Positions 24,701 to 39,996 of a stretch of 64,000 nt of DNA are shown piece by piece. The stretch spans positions 65,709,136-65,773,135 of the forward strand of contig NC_068991.1 of NCBI RefSeq assembly GCF_001194135.2, read 5' to 3'. The notes under the pieces were generated by a model, which did not search any database, was not told where the DNA came from, and worked only from the letters and a program-made list of their open reading frames with translations. The DNA is from Octopus bimaculoides. Taxonomy: Eukaryota. The position numbers and the translations under genes were made by a program. How positions within the stretch are numbered: the stretch's first letter is position 1; each line of letters begins with the position of its first letter.

Positions 24701-27700
24701 TGCTAAGTTACAGGAATATAAACAAACTAACACTGGTTGTCAAGTGTGTGTGTGTGTGTGTGTGTGTGCGTGTGTGCGTGCGTGCGTGCATGTGTGTCAG
24801 AGAGAGAATTCACACACACTATTTATATTTATATATAAATACATGATGAACTTTCACACAGTTTTTGTCTACCAAATTAGCTCACAAGTCATTGGTCAGC
24901 CCAGAGTTATAGCAGAAGACACTTGTCCAAGGTGCCATGCAGTGGTACTGAACCCAAAACTATGTGGGTGCAATGCAAACTTCTTAACCACACATCTATG
25001 CCTGCACCTAGCTTCATTTTTTTTTCTTTTTATTCGAGTTTTTACATCTCAACAAAACCGGTCTCAAAAACGATGTTTAGCCCAAGATCAGATACGATAA
25101 AATAGACCAATAGCCTAAAATCCTTCAGCCGTAACCAACCTGTTTTGTTTTGCTTTCTTTTCTTTTTTTTAACTTTTTTTCTGACAGCAAATCTATAACA
25201 GCATTACCCAATATATCCTTCCTTTTCAAACATAGTAGTTTATAATTTGGAAGATTTGGCTGTTATCTCTAGCAGACTGAATGATTATTTGTAGAGATTC
25301 TCTTATTGGTTTGTCAATGATAAACAATAATAAAGTATTGCAATTAACCGATATGAGTATTACTGTGAGATGTTAAATTATATATTTTTCTGTGTTAAAC
25401 ATGCTTTTGTCTATCTGCATCAAGATAGCTATGTGGTTAAGAAGTCTGCTTCCCAACCACAAGGTTTTGGGTTCAGTCCCACTGCATGGCATCTTGGCAA
25501 GTGTTTTCTTCCATAACTCTGGGTCAACAGAAGCTTAGTGAGTGGATTTGGTAAATGGAAACCGAAAGTAGCCTGTTGAATGTGTGTGTGCACATGTGTG
25601 CATGAATGTATTTGTGTCTCCATTTGTGTCTTGACATCGCATAACTGTTATAAACAGATGCAGTTTGTTTCCAACCTTCTGTGAAAGCATGTCTGGTCTT
25701 GGGGAAACATTGCCTTTGCTTGGAAACAGGTAAGGGTTAGCAGTAGTAAGGACACCTGGCCATGGTAAGTTTGCTTCAATAAACTCCATCCAACCCATGC
25801 AAGCATGGTAAAGTGGATGTTAAAATGATAAAACTTGAAAATATACAATATTATCAATGAGGAAAAAGTAAATATCTCACTAGGTGGAACAGAATTTTGT
25901 CCTTAGAGTAAAATACCCAGAGTATAGTTTTCCAACAAACACTACTTAAAGTCAGAAAACTGATTCTAATCTTGTTACCAAGTCCAAACATATAAGGCAT
26001 TAGAGAACAACTTATTAAACTATTTTAGGTTTTGAGTAAATTCCTTATAATGGAAGTCTTCAAACAAAGATTTTACTTATAATTCACAGCTTATCAAAAA
26101 GTTTGGAGAAGTCTTTTTTTATTTATTTTTTATTTACATGTGTGAAATGGTTTATTTCTTGGAGTAATCGTTTGTTCTTCTTATCACTAATTAAGCAACA
26201 GAGAAATAGGCAGGGAACTGGTATTTAGTTCCCTCTGACAAACTAACACAAGCAGAATTAAGCAGCTTAATCCTTTAGCATTCACAATATTCTGTCAAAA
26301 GTAATATTTATTCACTTTATTTTGAAAGAATCATGCATTATTTTCTGTTATAGATTGTGATGAGGTAGCTTAATTTTTAGAATAATATTGTAGGGTTGGT
26401 GTGAGAAGCCAGATCTGGCCAGTTTGAACATAAAACAGGTAGACTATTTGGGCTGGATATAACTGGTTTAAACCATGTGGTTCAATACTCCAGCCTCTTA
26501 AACCTATTAGCTTAGAAAAGCAACTTTAGAATTATCAGTGAAAAACAGCATCATGATATATAGATAACATTTACATATTCTTCTAATATAAATTAGCTGT
26601 GAGGATTTAGGTGCAGCCATAATTTTGTGGTGAAGAAGTCTGCTTTAGAACCATGTAGTCAGATGTTCAATCACTCTGTGCACACTGTCAGCTAACATTT
26701 TATACTCTAGCCACAGGTTGACTAATAACTTGGTGGTGAAATTGATAGGCAGAAACTGAAGAAGCATGCATACATGCCTATGTAATTTCTTTCTTATTCA
26801 GTATGCAAAACAACCTCAACATCAAAAACAGGCAGGGTTGTATGAATACAGAGTCAACCAAGGAAGCATGTCTGTGCTGATTGACAAGTCTTGAAATGTG
26901 TGATTTTTGTAAACAAAAAAGGGAATCTGTAACTATGTCCATGCTGTTTTGCTGTTTTATAGACGACTAAGGGAAGGGCATCTGGCTGTAGAAAAATTTC
27001 CCTCGGTGAATTCTGTCTGACCCATGCAAGCATGAAAAAGTAGACATTAAAACAATGATGATGATGTTCCATGCAATAGAAACAAGTGTTAAATCCAGCA
27101 AAAATACTATTTTATTAGCAACTCTGCATACAGCATAAAATTCTGATACCACAACAATAAATCAGTTATCCAACTGTTTGATATTAAGCATCATTTTATG
27201 TTGAATTCTACAGATCTAACTTGAAGTATGTGGTAGCTATCATTACCAGACGGCATAGCATACTTCAATAGCTATGTGTTATTGTGTTATGGGTAAACAA
27301 CAGCAGGATACCAGTGCCATGAGGAAATACTTGTCCGTTATTCTGTTTAATAGCTGCATTTCTTTCTTTTATCCACTGTCATTACAGACATTCTAAAATT
27401 GTTGAGACATTCAAAATTACTTAAGTGCTTGCAAAGAGAATGAAAATAAAAGATATAAATATGTGCGTGCGTGAGATAAAAAAATATATCTATACATGTA
27501 TCATAAAACACACACACACACACATTTGTCTAACATAAAATTTAATTTCTGTGTAGTTTCCCTTTTATAATTTTCACAATTCACCACATGAACTTTTTTT
27601 TTCCCAAACCTTTTCACTGTATATATCTCATTATTTTCGTCATTGTTTTAATGAACACTTTTCATGTTTGCATGTGTTGAAAAAAGAGAGTTGAATGAGA

Positions 27701-27806
27701 CCAATTTTCTGTGGCCAGACACCCTTCCTGTCACCACTCTCACTTGTTTCCAAACAAAGTAATATTATGCCATGATGTGTTTGCACAGAATATTGGAAAT
27801 AAATGA

Positions 27807-27854
<48 letters not shown>

Positions 27855-28234
27855 AGGCTTCTTTTAGTTTCCATGTATAATATCCACTCACAGAGCTTAG
27901 GTCAGCCTAGGGCTATAGTAAAAGACACTTGCCCAAGGTGCCATGCAGTGGGACTGAATCCAAAACCATGTGGTTGGGAAGCAAACTTCTTAACTACATA
28001 GCCATATTATTACACATAAATATTTATTCTTTATATATATATATATATATATATAAAGATAATTTAGGGATCAGCAAATATTTGCTTCACCACATNNNNN
28101 NNNNNATATTATTACACATAAATATTTATTCTTTATATATATATATATATATATATAAAGATAATTTAGGGATCAGCAAATATTTGCTTCACCACATACC
28201 GAAGTTCAGAAATAGCAAATCCTTTACCCTTTTA

Positions 28235-28270
<36 letters not shown>

Positions 28271-28546
28271 CACACACAACATGTATGTGTGCATGTGCAG
28301 TCATTCATTTAACATGTCTTCTAATGTTAGCATGGGTTAGACTGAGACTTATTTCAGGCAGCATTTTACAGCTGGATGTTGTTCTTGTAACCAACTCTTA
28401 ACATGTTCTTCAATCAAGAGCTTCTTTTATTCCACTCATTGTTGAAAGCGCACACATGCATGCACACATCCCCTCCACCCACACAGATACATACTCCCAC
28501 TATGTTATGTCACACTGTGCTCACTCAGATCCTACTAATCAGTATG

Positions 28547-28600
<54 letters not shown>

Positions 28601-31340
28601 CATACACCCACCCACACCCACACATGTATTGATTATACTTTATTTCCTTCTGTATTATTAATTATACTTTTATCTCTATAAATTATCACATTATCTATAC
28701 AATGATTCCTTTGCATAATATAATAATTCTCAGAAAAATTTGAATTTCACCCACTCAAGTCAGATATAATAAAACACAATACATATTACAATAATTTCTC
28801 AGAATACAATATTTCATCAGTCTTTAAATTTCTCTATTCTTAGTACATTGCTGTGAGGAATCATTCTTCTGCTTTTACTGCAACTGTAATGGATTTTGAC
28901 ATTCAGAACGTGATCACTCCACTCCGTCTCTACTCTAACCAACTGTTGTATCTGCAACAATGTTTCTTGCTACTTATATTCTAGTTTTTCCTCACTAAAC
29001 TCTGCACCAAATATCCCATCAAACTCTACGTTCTCTATACTACTCTCCCACACTCCCCTTCATCTGTGTGATCTCATGACCAAAGCCATTCCTTCCCAGA
29101 TAAAAAAAAATAAATAAAGTTAATGCATGACTAACAGAAGTAAAATTATCTAAGTTTCCATTTAGAAATGTGTGCGTGTGAATGCATTTGTTTACATGTA
29201 ACACAGTATTAAAGCGCAGTAAAATGAAAACGGTCACTGGGTAATATCGCATCTCATTGTAAATTTATTTCAAATTAGTTATTTAATGCACTTTGCATTA
29301 AGTCTAATAACACTAATTTAACTATCATTTTTCAACTGGGTAGAATCTATAAAATTATTGAATCATAAAACAATTCTATTTTCCAATGTTAACAAATACT
29401 TTGTCAGCTAGTATGACGAAGCTATGCTTTGTTGATAGAGTCAGAAAAAGATAACCTCATGTGAAAATTTGAACACCACCATCATCATCGTTTTAATGTC
29501 CACTTTTCCATGTTTGCATGAGTTAGAATTGTTTGAGGCAGATTTTCCATGGCCAAATAATCTTCCAGTCACTGACCTTTACTTGTTTCAAAGTATGGTA
29601 ATATTCCCCTTTGATAGGAAATGTTTCCCATGGAAGACTGGAAACAAAGACATGGTTTGTATGATTGTTTGATGGTGATATCTGTTTACAACTATCACAA
29701 TGTCAAGACAAGGAGACACACACAAACACACAACAAGCTTCTTTCAATTTCCATCAACCAAATCCAATCACAACGCTTTGGTTGGCTCAAGGATATACAA
29801 GAAGACACTTTCCCAACATGCTACACTGTGGGACTGAACCTGATACCATGTGGTTGGGAAACAAACTTCTTAACCATGAAGTCATCACCCCATTTATTTC
29901 CAGTTCATTTTTTCATGCTCTTTTCATTTACTCTGTTAACATTTAACTATCTGTATATCTGATCACATTTTCATTTCCAGTTAGTTTTCCTCTTTCATAT
30001 TTCTTGCATTAAATATTTTAACACCAACATAAATGCTAAATACTTACAAAGCTACAAAATATTATATTAGTATGCAATTAGGTGCCGTTGTGGCTGTGTG
30101 ATTAAGCTTGCTTGCTTCCCAACCATGTGATCTTGAGTTCAGTCCCACTGAACAGTACCATTGGCAAATGTCTTCTGCTGTAGCCCTTGGCCAATAAATG
30201 CTTTGTGAGTGGATTTGGCAGATGGAAATTGAAACAAGCCCATTGTGTATGTATACGTGTGTGTGTGTGTGTGTGTGTGTTTGTGTGTGTGTGGGTCTGT
30301 GTGTGTGTGCAGGGTGATTGACATGAAGAGCATCCAGTCATAGAAAACTTGCCTCAACAAACTATGTCTGGCCCATGCAAGCATAGAAAAGTGGACATTA
30401 AAATGATGATGGTAAATTACTAAATTTATTAGAGAGGAAGCATGTTCATGAGGACTTCACCTAAAAATACCTAATGACAACTAACGAATGATAGCTTACT
30501 GATTGATCTGCCAAATTCCTTATTTTGGTGAAGAAAATTTTTACAAAAAAAAAATATATACATTTAAACAATGGGTACTGAATCCTACCTTTATAGTCCT
30601 GTTCTCGTCCCTGGGGTAAAGCAGCTTTCAAAAAACAAACATGTACAAGTCAACATTGGATGAAAACAATACAATAGTAGTGACTGGGAACATTTTGTAA
30701 GGGGAAACTATGGAAACCAGCTTAATGAATAAATATTGTTTCTTCTAATGCTACTTTTATGCTCTTTATGTTGAAGTAAGTTGGAAGGTATATCTGAATA
30801 CTGTTTCATTAACAACATATTCAGACTACGAAATTGAAACCACAATCTACAAGGAGTTTTTAGAACGTGATTAATTTGATATGGTTGAGATTGTCTTTGA
30901 ATGTTAGTGAAGTATACAACTAAGACAGATTATGTTTATCTATGGAGTTCCAGAGCGAAAATAGTTTTATATTATTGAATACTTGGTTGAAATATTATGA
31001 AGGGACAAGAGCTTGAACAAATTAGAGTGTAATATTTTTTTTTTTTTTNNNNNNNNNNNNNNNNNNNNNNNNNNNNNNNNNNNNNNNNNNNNNNNNNNNN
31101 NNNNNNNNNNNNNNNNNNNNNNNNNNNNNNNNNNNNNNNNNNNNNNNNNNNNNNNNNNNNNNNNNNNNNNNNNNNNNNNNNNNNNNNNNNNNNNNNNNNN
31201 NNNNNNNNNNNNNNNNNNNNNNNNNNNNNNNNNNNNNNNNNNNNNNNNNNNNNNNNNNNNNNNNNNNNNNNNNNNNNNNNNNNNNNNNNNNNATATATAT
31301 ATTTATATATATATATAAACACATACACATACATACACAC

Positions 31341-32545
31341 TATTAGAACTAGAGAAGAAATGTCAGATGTCAAAGCAAGGTCCAGAATCAAGAGGTCTTA
31401 GAGTTAATTTAAGAAAGACCAAAGTCCTAGTAAGTAGAAAAATGGACAAATCACTGATCCCTTCAGGGAGATGGCCCTGCTTGATATGTAGGAAAGGTTT
31501 TGGTCAAAACTCCATACAGTGTACCTTATGGACTCATAAGAGGTACAACAGTATAATAGGAAGGTTAACAGAGAGTAGCTTTTGTGTGGGGCAGATGTGC
31601 AGGTACAATAAACACTAGGAATGTGCAGAAAATAGACTCCCTCAACTGTCCAGGCAAATCCTTAGAAATAGAAGATAGTTTCTGTTACCTAGGTGACCAA
31701 GTTCTGAGAGCATAGTTGCTGGAATAAGAATAGGTTGGGCAGGCAAAGCTCAGAGAGCTGCTACCTTTGTTGGTAACAAAGGACCTCTCCCTCAGAGTGA
31801 AAGGTAGATTGTATGATGCCAGTGTATGTACAGCTATACTACATGGCAGTGAAACAAGGGCCGACTATAGACGACATGTGAACATGAAAGAAAAGAAACC
31901 AGCATGCTTTGCTGGATGGGCAGTATCAGTGAACATGTACAACAGAGTGTAAATGATTTAAGAGAAAAATTGGGCATAAGAGCATAATTTGGGCATATGC
32001 AAGAGAGAAAACTGTGCTGGCATGGTCATGTGATACATATGGATGAGGACAGCTGCATAAAGAAGTGCCAATCTCTGATTGTGGAGGGAGCCTGTAGAAA
32101 GGGTAAACCCAGGAAGATGTAGGATGAAGTGGTGAGAAAGGATCTTCAGATGTTAGGCTTCACTAAGGAGATGGCAAGAGACTGAGACTTCTGGCAATCT
32201 GCTGTACTTGAGAAGACATCAAGCTAAGTAAGATCATGGCCAAGACAGCTATGTTCCCCACTCTCCTTTTCAGCCAAGAGGTCCTTATCTTACAAGTTTG
32301 CAGGTGCTGGAGCCATGCAGAAAGCACCCATGCTGGTGCCACATATAAAGCACCCGTGCCGGTACCATATAATAGGCACCCATACCAAGGCCACATAAAA
32401 AGCACCCAGTACACACTGTAAAGTGATTGGTGTTAGAGACCATAACAAAACAGAAAATTGGAGCCTGGAACAGTTCTCTTGTCAGCCAACTCCTGTCAAA
32501 CCATCTAACCCATGCCAGCATGTAAAACAGATGAATGATGATGAT
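31341..32545 (+). mobile_element. 5'-truncated, decayed RTE-clade LINE (RT C-terminal region + 3' UTR)
   Basis: ELEKKCQMSKQGPESRGLRVNLRKTKVLVS...GRWPCLICRKGFGQNSIQC..WTHKR, DSFCYLGDQ and LSLRVKGRLYDASVCTAILHGSET, with stops and frameshifts. The 3' UTR has ~24-bp aaagcaccc repeats and a (GAT)n tail. Confidence 0.85.
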
Positions 32546-34173
32546 TATATATATATATATATATATATAATCTACTGGGTTATTGTAGTATTATCTAAAA
32601 ACAAACTCAAGCCCTAGGAGAATTTAAGGGCCACTGTTTACCTCTGGTCTTATGAGATTAAAGTAAGATATAAAACTGCCTGGCAAGGATGTCAGTCTAC
32701 CATAGGTAACATCTCTAACAATGTTTTACCCATAATGAAAATACCTGCAGTGGACTTGAACTCATAACCTATGATAAGGTAGTTTAATAACAACCATATA
32801 AATTTCATACTTCTATATTTATAATGACTATGTATAAACACTTCATTGGAAAATCATGTACATTTGTTAAAGGCTGTAGCAAAATGAATATTTAGAGGAA
32901 TGTAATTCAGACGAGTAATTAAAGATCTGGTGTCAACATAGTCATAAATAGGAAACATTGAAAATAAAAATCAAAAGTACAGAATACTGGCAACTTAGCT
33001 GTTGCAGATGTGACTAAGCCAGGCCAGTATATATGGTGAAATGTTAAATTGGTTATTTATTAGCCACAAGGTCCATAAAATGGTAATAAAGCAATGCAAT
33101 TAATAGGATGGTTAGATACCCTAACAAATTTGCAATAATAATAGTGATAAATTAGCAAAGATCCAATCACAACGCCAACACCAATGACAACAGCAGCTAG
33201 TGATGACAACAACAATGACAACACCAATGATAACAGCAACAACAATAGCAATGACAGCAACAACAACAACAGTGATTGGGCAGAACAATAAGAGCCTTGA
33301 CATGGTCCCTCAAACTCCAAGAAATATCAACCAAATCTCTCATATCACACTGTTACAAAAGAGCAAGATCACATTGGATAATGTCATCCTAGATACACTG
33401 TCTGAATAGGAAGTATGATGTGTCAAAGAGAGACAATACCTTTGATAAGGGTCCGATCATGTCCTCTTCAGGTCAGTTAATCTCATCTGCCACTGGCTTA
33501 GTCACGATACCCATCTCTCTCCTGTGCCTCCACAAACTACAACAGTGTACTACCTTTTAGGCAACAGTATTGGCAAGCTGGCTAAATCAGCTTGAAAGTA
33601 GCCAAACAAGTCAAACTTAGTGACGTTCGTTAATAGCTTGTCAATCTATGCTGATGAAGACTGTATTACCAGCAGACTGTGCAGAGGAAATCTAACTATC
33701 AGTGATCAGGTTTCAATGAACAGAAATGCAATATTCTGAGACATTGCTGTGAGATACATACATTATCCTGGTCATCCCATTGCATCCCTGGTGTACTTTC
33801 AGTCATCAAAATCTGCTTTGCCACTCATTCAGGAAGTGAGAAACAAGAGAATGAGGCTGATCATTCAATATAGCTCTCCCTCACTATAATCCAACTCCAG
33901 CATAAACTCAAATTTCTTAGAACAAACAGATGGCAAACCTATCATTGCAGTGGTCAAAATATCACATATATTTGTGATAATGAAATCCTGCAATTTCCAG
34001 AGTTTCCTCATTTGTGAGAACACACAAGAGATATGGTGTAGGTAGGAACAGTCTGGATTCTCCAGTTACCTACATTGGCTATGTGCTCTGATGCTGATGA
34101 TCACTTCTAAGAAGTGCCATCAGTGTCTAGGAGATGGAATCTTGATCATCTATGAAAATATGAAAATGCAGGA

Positions 34174-34325
34174 TGAATAGTTGGCATTAGGAAGGGCATC
34201 CAGCTGTAGAAACTCTGCCAAATCAGATTGGAGCCTGGTGTAGCCATCTGGTTCACCAGTCCTCAGTCAAATCGTCCAACCCATGCTAGCATGGAAAGCA
34301 GATGTTAAACGATGATGATGATGAT
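34174..34325 (+). mobile_element. RTE LINE extreme 3' end. Similar pieces at ~9840-9980 (+), 26960-27065 (+), 40262-40420 (-), 45665-45810 (-)
   Basis: gttggcattaggaagggcatccagctgtagaaac...aacccatgctagcatggaaagcagatgttaaac(gat)n. Confidence 0.8.
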
Positions 34326-35159
34326 GAATAAAGAAGGCAGGAAGAGAGATGTATGGATAAAAAATTGGTCAGGTCACAGATGTAATGACATTGATCAGAG
34401 GTCTACTTAATCAGGGATGACCTGGGGCCAAGAAATAACAAACTAAATTTTATAACCACAATTAGTCAATATAAAATAGCCGAGCAGACACTCTAACAAT
34501 GAACCTACTGTCAGGATACATTAGGAAATTGTCTATTAGTGTAGTATATCATATACCATTATACTTTCTGTAGGCTGTCATCAACTCTTACAGTTTAGTT
34601 CTGATAGTCTTTATCAATAACTAGCTTCTTTTGGGGTTTTATTTTTATTTTTTTGTTAGAAATGACTGCTAGTGTAGTAAAATAGATAATGAATGAGTTA
34701 TGTGAAAGAAATTGAATAGATTTATAGAAAGAAAAGTTTGGACAGTGATTAGTGAAGACGAGCAATGCTTTGTTACCCAATATGTAAAGCAGTGAGACTA
34801 TATACCGCAGCAGTGAGAATGAGATTGCAATCAATAGTGCTGTAGAAGGTATTACAATTAAATGTATAATAGCAATGATATCAAAAATGTATATATCAGT
34901 AATATTACAATCAAGCAGAGGTAAAGTCAGTCACTGCTAGAACAAGGGCAATATCTATCTGTGGTAAAGGTGGTGGATCAGCAGAATCATTAGGGTGGCA
35001 GAAAAAATATATCTTGCAGCAGAGTAGGAGATGTTTTGGCACAGCCATTTTAGTGGCACCAATCTGATGTTGATTGATTTCATTCTCTCCCCCTCTCTTT
35101 ATGTATGTAAGCATATTGCTCTTTATGTGTAGGAGGAGAAAGGAAAGTGTTTATGTCTA

Positions 35160-35650
35160 TCATCATCATCATCATCATTGTCGTTTAACGTCTGCTTTCC
35201 ATGCTGGCATGGGTTGGATGGTTTGACTGAGGACTGGTTAGCCAGAAGGCTGCACCAGGCTTAATCTGATCTGGCAAAGTTTCTACAGCTGGAAGCCCTT
35301 CCTAATGCCAACCACTCCAAGAGTGTAGTGGGTGCTTTTAAATTCCACTGGCATGAGGGTAAGTCAGGCGGTTCAGGCAACGACCATGCTCGAAAGGTGT
35401 TTTTTCTATGCTACCTGCATGGGATCCAGTCCAGCAGCACTGGCAACAATCACACTCGGATGTGCTTTTAACGTTCCACTGGCACGAGTGCCAATCAGGC
35501 GATACTGTCATTGGCCACGTCAGTGATTTTGATTTGATGTCACTTGTCTCAATAAGTCTTCGCAAGCAAAGTTTATTGTCCAATGAATGAGGGGTACTCA
35601 TAAGTCTGCTGGTTATACCCACTGGCATATGCCACAGGCTATGGTCATGT
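35160..35650 (-). mobile_element. RTE LINE 3' UTR fragment
   Basis: (CAT)n followed by the reverse complement of the 34174 terminus and further 3' UTR repeats. Confidence 0.75.
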
Positions 35651-37775
35651 TTAATCAATAAATTGTAAGGTCTCTCCCGCTCTTACTATCAGTATGTGTA
35701 TATTTCTGCATGCATTCATTTGTGTTTGTGTGTCTCCAGCATCAAAAAGTACTGACATCAAAAAAGCTGAATGCTCAGTAAGCCATGCTAAACTGTCAGT
35801 GTCCAGACAGATTTACCCAACTATCTGCTTGCAGTATATGTTTTGGCTCAGAGTTCAAATCCTGTCAAAGTCAAATTTGCCATCTATCTCTCTGAGATCA
35901 ATGAAATAAAGTGTCAGTCAAATACAGGGTCAGTGTAACCAATTAACTTCTACCCGTCATGATTGCTACCTTGATGCTTAAAATCAGGAACCGATCCCCT
36001 GAAAAAATAAAAATTTGAACAAGCAGTTGAATGAAGAAATGATGGAAGCTTTATTTCTCTGTTCTGGAATACACTGACAAATCACAACCTACAACCAGTA
36101 TTAAAGAAGTACACATTGTTTAATGTACCCCTCGATATTTTATGTCTGATTATAAAAAAAGGGGAGGGATGACCACAATTGAAACAACTTTGATGATAAC
36201 AGTAAAGCATAGAATCTGAGGAAACAAGTAATGTTTTGAGTCAGCAAAAATACAAATCATGGAAAAAGTGAAATATATAACAAGTCATTCCATTGTTTGA
36301 ATTATTTGATTACAATAGGTTTGCAAGATCAGGAAATGACCCAGGGTTAACCAGCAACAACAACAAATGAAAAATTTCAGCTCGCAATTGTGGTAATAAG
36401 CTAATTCTTCTTGCCATTCTCATTTATTGCCAAATCTCATAAATAATGTGGAACAGAACAACTCTGCAGAGATAAAATGGTCTTTTACTATTTTTTCTTC
36501 TTCCTGTCTCTTAAATTTTCTACTCAGGATTAAGTTGTCATTGGAATTCTACTTTATTCTGGGTTTTCTCTCAGATAAATTTACAACTGTGATAGTCAAC
36601 AATGTAATTAATTATGGAGCCTAGGATTGAAACATGAGCTATCATTTCAACAAGATCGCTTTAAATGTTATTTCAGATACCACACACATACAAAAACAAA
36701 TGAGAGTATCTGTTTTGTATTCCTATTTTTCAGGAATAATGGCTATGAGGGTAAGATACTGAATTACCAGGGTTCAATTCTTATTAATGCTGTTGCGCTT
36801 CACTTTGAGAGAAGCACCTAATTCCATCCCAGTTTGAGTGTAAAAAAAAATTTTTTTAATCTTGACAAGTTGAGTTGCTGCCAGTGGGGAAAGAAAATTA
36901 GGCTCAAACCATTTGCCCATGTTACTTTGGAAAAAATGGACCTGATACACAGGGGGCTATTTTAATTTAATACTGTCTCAATTGCATATACTGGATTTTT
37001 ATTCAGCTGGGCAGCTATTCACAACATCAGTGAATGTTTTATTCACTGTTACCTACATTGGAGGCATGAATTCTCATCCAAACACATGGCTGGCTATGAG
37101 CATGCAGCATGAAAAGGCCTAAAAAGGCCAAAATGCACCTGGCACTCTCATTGGTCAAGGTTGGGACAAATTTTCATCTCCAACATCCTGTTTTTAACAC
37201 AGCACATCTCTAAGAAAGGTTATCTCAGGACAAGTATCACAGTAATTGGCCTAATCAACAGTGTACATACATTAAGTATGACACTAAGATAGCTATTTCA
37301 AAGCCCTGTCATCATTGAAGACTATCTTTCGTGTCACTCTTCGAAACTATGCTTGTTAGTGCTTTCTGCTAGTTATATTCTTGAATTTCACCAGTAATTT
37401 AAACTAACTTGAGAGGAGTGAGATCTTTATGTACAGTCACTAAAAGAAATATATGCCAGCCATAGAAATATTCAGATTCTACTACCTTGAAATGTTTTGT
37501 AGCACTAGGTTGGCTCTCACAGAGCAGACCTATGACATATAGGTAATCTAGTAAACAATTGTGTGATACATATATACACACACACATCTGTAGCACTGGA
37601 TATCTCATAGCTCCTAAATGAAGTGTTGCTTTGAAATAAATTTGCCACGGTAGTTTCAGTTACATTAATTAATTTAAATTTTTGCACTTGGGCAGTTAAA
37701 AAACAAACAGCTCAGAAAAGAAATCAGTTAATCACCAGTACATGTATGTGTGCGTATCTATCTATCTATCTATCT

Positions 37776-37828
<53 letters not shown>

Positions 37829-39944
37829 ACACACTATCAAAGATCTTATAATTAACAGTGAAGCCCTTTAATAATACAAAATACTAGCTTGTATCTTTTT
37901 CTTTTATTTACTTATTATTTGTTTCTTGAAATCATGATATATCNNNNNNNNNNNNNNNNNNNNNNNNNNNNNNNNNNNNNNNNNNNNNNNNNNNNNNNNN
38001 NNNNNNNNNNNNNNNNNNNNNNNNNNNNNNNNNNNNNNNNNNNNNNNNNNNNNNNNNNNNNNNNNNNNNNNNNNNNNNNNNNNNNNNNNNNNNNNNNNNN
38101 NNNNNNNNNNNNNNNNNNNNNNNNNNNNNNNNNNNNNNNNNNNNNNNNNNNNNNNNNNNNNNNNNNNNNNNNNNNNNNNNNNNNNNNNNNNNNNNNNNNN
38201 NNNNNNNNNNNNNNNNNNNNNNNNNNNNNNNNNNNNNNNNNNNNNNNNNNNNNNNNNNNNNNNNNNNNNNNNNNNNNNNNNNNNNNNNNNNNNNNNNNNN
38301 NNNNNNNNNNNNNNNNNNNNNNNNNNNNNNNNNNNNNNNNNNNNNNNNNNNNNNNNNNNNNNNNNNNNNNNNNNNNNNNNNNNNNNNNNNNNNNNNNNNN
38401 NNNNNNNNNNNNNNNNNNAAAAAAAAACAAAAAAAAAAACAGAAATTTCTTGTCTCTTTCAACCTCATAAGAAATCAGATGAAATTATACATTCATGTTT
38501 GAATGAGTAACAGTAGAAAATATATCAAGCCATGTTCTTGCAAACATTAACATTTTCAGAACTATCTAACCGCAAAAAAATGTAAAAAAAATAAATAAAT
38601 AAAAATAAAATTAAAAAAAGCACGTGTGTATTGACAGTAAGATTTATAACTATAGATATGTATTCATATACATATTCAGTGCTTTTTTAGTAGAAGACAC
38701 TTGTCAGTGGGACTGAACCTGGAACCACGTGGTTGGTAAGCAAATTTCTTGCCACATAGCGACACCTGCACCTATACTTTGTGTATTTTACATTTATATC
38801 TTTGCATGCTTATTAGATTGCATCACTGTAGTTCTATGATACTGAGCACTCTACATATTACATAAAGATATCCTGGAAACATTGTATTGGGAAATGTGTT
38901 GCGTTTGAGTGATGTGGGCTTTTTACACACACACACACACTTACATACAGGAATGGCTGTGTGGTTAAGGAGTACATTTCCCAACCATCTGATTTCAGTT
39001 TCAGTCTTACTGCATGATACTTTGGGCAAGTGTCTTTCATTATAGCCTCAGGCCAAACAAAGCCTTGTGAGTGGATTTGGTAGGCATAATCTGAAAGAAG
39101 CCTGTTGCATGTCACATCATCACAAAATAGTTGTATATGTGCATCATCATCTTGCAATCCTCTTTGAAAACATACCTGGCGATGGGAAAACCTTGCTTGG
39201 AAACAAGTAAGGGTTGATGATAGGAAGGGCACCTGGCTACAGAAAATCTGCCTCAACAAATTTCAACTGACCAAAACAAGCACGGAAGAAAATTCGACAT
39301 TTCAGTGATGACTATGAAATTTTATATAACACACATATTTATATAAAAAAAAAAAACACATACAATGATATAACAGTCTGGTAGTCACTAAAAAAACTGG
39401 ATGTGGACGAATGACTAAGACCAATGAACTCATGCACAGGAACATGAAAGTTAATGTTGAGTTCAGACATTGTTACATATACATGATGCACATGAAGGAG
39501 AAGATTAAGACATAGGGAAAGCTAATCTCAGAATGTCGTACCTTATGAAGATGACAAGAGACAAGAAGCTGCATGAGAGAAGATCCATGAACCAAAGCAT
39601 GGAGAAACTGACATATGAAGATGAGGATACACAGTCTCCTAACAAATTTCAATCACAAAACAGCTTCTATCAACTTGAGGCTATGGTAAAAGATATTTTC
39701 CCCAGGTAGCAACCTCACAGACATGGTGCTGATGAAGGAGCATAACTCTCAAAATATGGCATATATGCCCTTTTATTCTTTTTAGCAATGGTGGTACCCC
39801 AGCATGACCACAGGTTTGAAGCTCAAACAATTTAAAGATTAAAGATTTATATATGTATCGCCTGTCTGGATGTTTTGTTGTCCCTTTTTGTATCACCCAA
39901 CTGTCTGGATGTTTTGCGTTCATGTCCCATTTTTGTATTTTATT

Positions 39945-39994
<50 letters not shown>

Positions 39995-39996
<2 letters not shown>

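Noticed and set aside
28004-28197. Exact 92-bp direct repeat
   Set aside because: The copies flank a 10-N gap and contain a TA tract, so this is an unmerged contig overlap (assembly artefact).
33160-33409. Thr/Met-rich ORF
   Set aside because: It is a degenerate (AAC/GAC)n tract running into a repeat family E fragment.
36734-36750. 17-nt plus-strand micro-exon-like signal (tttttcag|...|gtaaga)
   Set aside because: Splice signals alone are insufficient in 64 kb of AT-rich DNA.
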